30,959 bases of DNA, from positions 1 through 30,959 of the forward strand of contig JBDLKA010000035.1 of the NCBI GenBank assembly GCA_039714075.1, written 5' to 3'. The position numbers and the translations under genes are program-made. This DNA comes from Candidatus Krumholzibacteriota bacterium (GTDB lineage: Bacteria; Krumholzibacteriota; Krumholzibacteriia; LZORAL124-64-63). Shown piece after piece: positions 25,014 through 30,959 of the stretch. Numbering within the stretch: the stretch's first letter is position 1; each line of letters starts with the position of its first letter. Below the pieces are notes generated by a model. The model saw nothing but the letters and a program-made list of their open reading frames with translations, did no database searches and was not told the DNA's origin.

Positions 25014-25976
25014 ATGAAACTGGTATTGCTTATGCTGATCCTGGGGTCGGATGCGACGTCCGCCGTCGTCGAGGTGGCCCCCGGCGAACAACTGACCGTG
25101 TGCAGTGAAGGCCCCGCGGACGGCGAACCGGTCGTGTTGGTTCCAGGCCTGTCGGGCTGCTCCTACGGTTTTCGCAACCTGACGCCCCTGCTGCATGAAC
25201 AGGGCTTGTGGACGATCATCATCGAACCGCTGGCCGTGGGAGAATCATCCCGGCCCGCGGACGCGGACTACACCATGACCGCGCAGGCCGCGCGCCTGGG
25301 CGCCGCGCTGGACGACCTGAACATCTCGAACGCCGTTATCGTCGCCCAGGGAATCGGCGGCGCCATGGTCTTCCGGTTGGCCGTCGAAAGGCCCGAGTTG
25401 CTGGCCGGCTTCATCTCCATCGAGGCCGGTCCGGCGGAAACGGCCATATCCCCCACCATCAGAAGCACCCTGAAGCTGGCCAAGACCGTGGCCAGGATCG
25501 GGGGCAAAAACATCCTGCGTGACCGCTACGCCGAGAACCTGAAAAATGGTTCCGGCGACATCGCCTGGATCGACCGGCGCACCGTGGGACGATATTTCCG
25601 CGGCACCGGCCGGGACATTCCCGCCGCCATGAATGCCCTGGCCGCCATGACCGAACAGGCCGAACCCTGGGCATTGGTCCCGCGGCTACCGGAAATCCGG
25701 GTCCCCGTCGTGGTCCTGCTGGGGACCGCGCCCCATGACGGCGAACTCAGCGAGGAAGATATCGCGCATTTGGATCAGGGGCTGCCGGACGTGGCATTCC
25801 GGGAAATTCCCGGCGCTGGTCACTTCATCTACGAAGAACAACCGCAGGCCGTGGCGCTTGCGGTCAGCGAACTGGTCCGGAAACTGACCGCGGGCGGCGC
25901 CCCGTCGTCAGTCACCGTCCCGATGTCGGGCGACGATGGCCCCGGCGACCTCGTCAAGCCCCGTTACGCTCCCTAG
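25014..25976 (+). CDS. Alpha/beta-hydrolase fold protein lacking the nucleophile serine
   Basis: PVVLVPG, G.G.S-like 'AVGESSRP..ADY', IPGAGHFIYEEQP. The nucleophile elbow reads AQGIGG instead of GHSxGG. Confidence 0.8.
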   Translation: MKLVLLMLILGSDATSAVVEVAPGEQLTVCSEGPADGEPVVLVPGLSGCSYGFRNLTPLLHEQGLWTIIIEPLAVGESSRPADADYTMTAQAARLGAALDDLNISNAVIVAQGIGGAMVFRLAVERPELLAGFISIEAGPAETAISPTIRSTLKLAKTVARIGGKNILRDRYAENLKNGSGDIAWIDRRTVGRYFRGTGRDIPAAMNALAAMTEQAEPWALVPRLPEIRVPVVVLLGTAPHDGELSEEDIAHLDQGLPDVAFREIPGAGHFIYEEQPQAVALAVSELVRKLTAGGAPSSVTVPMSGDDGPGDLVKPRYAP

Positions 25977-26819
25977 CAACTCCCGCGCACCCTTGCCCCA
26001 CCCCATCAACGGCACCGGATTGAGAGTGTGCCTCCGGGTCGAAGCATCCTCCAGGTTGCCGTGATCGCTGGTCACCAGGACCATGGTGTCCCGGGCCAGA
26101 TCGTCCGCGAGTTCCTTGAGCAGGGCCTGCAAAAAAATCTCCAGCCGTGACAGTTCCCGGCAGATCCGGCCCGCATCGCCACTGTGCCCGGCCTTGTCCG
26201 ACTGGAAATATTCGAACAGGGTAAAATGATTGGCGCGTCCGGCCCGGCCCAGGATCCGGCCGGCCTGCGCGGGGTCCAGCGGTTCCAGGTCGAACCCGCG
26301 GGAAATCAGCTCGGCGTTGGTGAATTCCTGATAGATGGACCGGCCGGCCCGGACATCGTCCAGGGTGGCAAAAGGCAGGTCGGCAGCCAGGTTGGCCACC
26401 GTGGTCGCCGATAGGGTCAATTGCCGTTCCCGGCTCAATTCCCAGAAACGAGGTCGGTACGCGTTGAGAAACCGGGCCTGCAGACCCAGATCAGTCAGGG
26501 ATTTCAGGAGGGAATTTTCCAGCAGGACTTCCCGCAGTTTCTCATTGGGAAATCCGGTCAGGTGTTTGCCCAGGACGCCCTGGGCGTTGACGCCGGTCAA
26601 CAGGGTGGTCTGGCCGGTGGCGCTCTGGGGGACGCCGTCCACGCCCAGGACTGCGTCCAGGGGTATGGCCCAGCCGGTTGACGCATGGGGCCGCACCGCA
26701 TCCCGCCGGGCGGGAAGCCGGAAGATTTCACCCCCGTAGGCGTGCTGGGGATTGACCTGCGGGTCGGGTTTTCCCCAGCCCAGGCCATCGATGAATACCA
26801 GGATCGTCCGTTTGTTCAT
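25908..26819 (-). CDS. Metalloenzyme of the phosphoglycerate mutase/phosphopentomutase-like (AlkP) superfamily
   Basis: LVFIDGLG.G, PQSATGQT..LTG.N, D.AGH, TSDHGNLED, HT.NPVP. Confidence 0.85.
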   Translation of the reverse strand: MNKRTILVFIDGLGWGKPDPQVNPQHAYGGEIFRLPARRDAVRPHASTGWAIPLDAVLGVDGVPQSATGQTTLLTGVNAQGVLGKHLTGFPNEKLREVLLENSLLKSLTDLGLQARFLNAYRPRFWELSRERQLTLSATTVANLAADLPFATLDDVRAGRSIYQEFTNAELISRGFDLEPLDPAQAGRILGRAGRANHFTLFEYFQSDKAGHSGDAGRICRELSRLEIFLQALLKELADDLARDTMVLVTSDHGNLEDASTRRHTLNPVPLMGWGKGARELLGSVTGLDEVAGAIVARHRDGD

Positions 26820-26975
26820 GCCTTCCAATCAGTCTCCGGAGGGACAAAAACGCAAGGACCCGCTCCCGGTATCCTGAGATCCAGGTTGAATTGTGGGAGC
26901 CCGGAGGAGTAACTTTGCCAAACAGGTTATATTTGTCGGATACGGTTGCGCCCATTTCGCTTTTGGAGACAATTC

Positions 26976-29351
<2,376 letters not shown>

Positions 29352-29428
29352 AAAACAGGATCCCCGTCAGGATCAAAGTGATTCTTTCCACCGCAATTCC
29401 TTTGCCTGGGGGCGGGAAACCCGCCGGA

Positions 29429-30460
29429 TCATTGACCGGATTCGAAGGGGTAGACTACTTCCCAATCGGCCTTCATGTCCACGACCGTCCACCCGTCGTT
29501 GTGGGCCTGGACCAGGGCCTGGTCGAGCCGGCCCACGTGGGAATCCCGGTCGTAGGCCCATTCCCGCTCGGCGTCCGTGTGGTGGACCAGCAGCATCAGG
29601 CGGCGTCCCTGCCCGGCCGCGGTCCACTGCAACATCTGGTGATCGCCGTCCGAGTTGCCGAAGGCGGCAACAGGGCGCCGGCCGATCATGTTATCGATGC
29701 CCACGGGCTTGGTCGCCTTGTCGTCGATGAAATCAAGCTCGGCCAGTCGGACCAGGACCGGACCGGTATCGCGCATCTCGAAAACCTTCTTGATGCGGCT
29801 ACCGATGACCTGCTCCGGGGGAATCCCGTATACCTCCTCGACCCACGGCCGCATGAAATCGATGCCGCCGCCGGACACGATGAAAGTTTTGAAGCCGTTG
29901 TCGCGCAGATAATCAAGGAGTTCCAGCATGGGTTGGAAGACCAGTTCGGGATAGGGCCGGTCGAAGCGCGGATGCCGGGCCGCGCCGATCCACTCGCGGA
30001 CGATATCCGTGAACTCGTCGGTGGTCATGCCCGCATGCGTGGCCATCACCAGTTCCAGGATGCCCTTCTCCCCGCTTGCCGCCAGGGCCTCCATGTCGTT
30101 TTCCAAAACAGCCTGGAAGGGTTGGGTCGTCTTCCACTCGGGATGGTCGTCCGCCATCTGCTTCACCCGGTCGATGGCGAAGAACAGCTGGAAATACGCC
30201 GGCTTTTCCGACCACAGGGTGCCGTCGTTGTCGAACACCGCAATGCGTTCCGGGACGGGAACAAAATCCGGCCCGGCCTCGTCGGTGACGGCCTTGACGA
30301 ACCCCATGACATTATTTTTGGTGGCGCCCTCGTTCCAGGAAGGCAAGGGATCGCCGGGATCCAGGTCCGCGTAGCACCCCGAAACCAGCAGGACCACGAT
30401 CACCCAGGACAGTCGACTCCAGGGGAATCGGGACATCAATTTTTTTTCCTCGCAGCTCAT
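29429..30460 (-). CDS. HAD-superfamily hydrolase (nonspecific acid phosphatase-like), probable lipoprotein
   Basis: LPSWN.G, AVFDNDGTLWSE, IVSGGG, K, AFGNSDGD; hydrophobic stretch then VSGC lipobox-like. Confidence 0.9.
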   Translation of the reverse strand: MSCEEKKLMSRFPWSRLSWVIVVLLVSGCYADLDPGDPLPSWNEGATKNNVMGFVKAVTDEAGPDFVPVPERIAVFDNDGTLWSEKPAYFQLFFAIDRVKQMADDHPEWKTTQPFQAVLENDMEALAASGEKGILELVMATHAGMTTDEFTDIVREWIGAARHPRFDRPYPELVFQPMLELLDYLRDNGFKTFIVSGGGIDFMRPWVEEVYGIPPEQVIGSRIKKVFEMRDTGPVLVRLAELDFIDDKATKPVGIDNMIGRRPVAAFGNSDGDHQMLQWTAAGQGRRLMLLVHHTDAEREWAYDRDSHVGRLDQALVQAHNDGWTVVDMKADWEVVYPFESGQ

Positions 30461-30571
30461 TGCGCTCTCCCTCCGATAAAAATCCTTTGATTAATGAGTT
30501 GTTGAATTCCGCCAGAAAGTGTACATTTTCCCTCCGATAATGCAACAACACTCAACTGGAGGGAGAAGAAG

Positions 30572-30959
30572 ATGAACGGGAAGAGTGGATTTTTCCGACT
30601 AATATTGGGAGGCTTGCTGCTCCTGGCCTTGGCCGGTTCGGCCCTAGCCGCGGACAAACCCAATATCGTCGTCATCTGGGGCGACGACATCGGGCAGGCC
30701 AACCTGAGCGCCTACACCAAGGGCGTGATGGGCTACCGCACCCCCAACATCGACAGTGTCGCCGAAGAAGGCATGATCTTCACCGACTACTACGCCGAGC
30801 AGAGCTGCACCGCCGGGCGCGCGGCCTTCATCATGGGCCAGAGCGTGTTCCGGTCCGGACTGAGCAAGGTCGGCCTTCCGGGCGCGGATCTCGGCATGCA
30901 ACCCGAGGATCCCACCATCGCCAGGCTGCTCAAGGAACACGGCTACGCCACCGGCCAGT
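30572..30959 (+). CDS. Arylsulfatase (formylglycine-dependent S1), 3'-partial; absent from the ORF track
   Basis: Manual translation gives [41 protein letters not shown]...TPNID...[14 protein letters not shown]...[10 protein letters not shown], with a CxAxR motif, signal peptide and GGAGGGAG RBS. Confidence 0.93.
   Translation, partial: MNGKSGFFRLILGGLLLLALAGSALAADKPNIVVIWGDDIGQANLSAYTKGVMGYRTPNIDSVAEEGMIFTDYYAEQSCTAGRAAFIMGQSVFRSGLSKVGLPGADLGMQPEDPTIARLLKEHGYATGQ

Noticed and set aside
29411..29425. GGCGGG-AAA-CCCGCC hairpin between the convergent kinase and HAD genes
   Set aside because: Only 6 bp with no adjacent U-tract on either strand; insufficient to call a terminator.

Overview
GC-rich bacterial chromosomal window with about 28 protein-coding genes, mostly housekeeping, envelope and hydrolase functions. 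A C-terminal 'SWGSIKARYR' tail on one secreted protein tentatively suggests an FCB-group candidate phylum (Krumholzibacteriota/Latescibacterota-like). In order, the genes are: partial DEDDh exonuclease, two secreted hypothetical proteins, DUF5362-like protein, divergent transketolase, PLD lipoprotein, isochorismatase, DUF3078-like barrel, mscS, a tightly packed envelope operon (ychJ, Omp85-like, VAT-1-like MDR, GT2, GT9, OmpA), OPT transporter, pepT, SPFH plus Arc repressor, a hypothetical protein, PAS sigma-54 activator divergent from trxA, alkaline-phosphatase-superfamily enzymes, a probable pseudo-alpha/beta-hydrolase, CHASE-PAS hybrid kinase, HAD lipoprotein and a partial arylsulfatase. 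I recognised no rRNA, tRNA, CRISPR array or transposase. The most unusual signal is two ~200-bp palindromes (7664-7854 and 19918-20120) of unrelated arm sequence. Each sits on a gene's CTAG stop codon and has a perfect 32-34-bp inner stem with a CCGCAG-hairpin-GAGG core. The outer arm of each is an inverted copy of the last codons of the host gene, differing by transitions. Also visible are a sigma-54 enhancer/promoter module for trxA and a phased TGATATCA operator array for the SPFH-Arc operon. All calls come from reading the sequence by eye; no searches were run.
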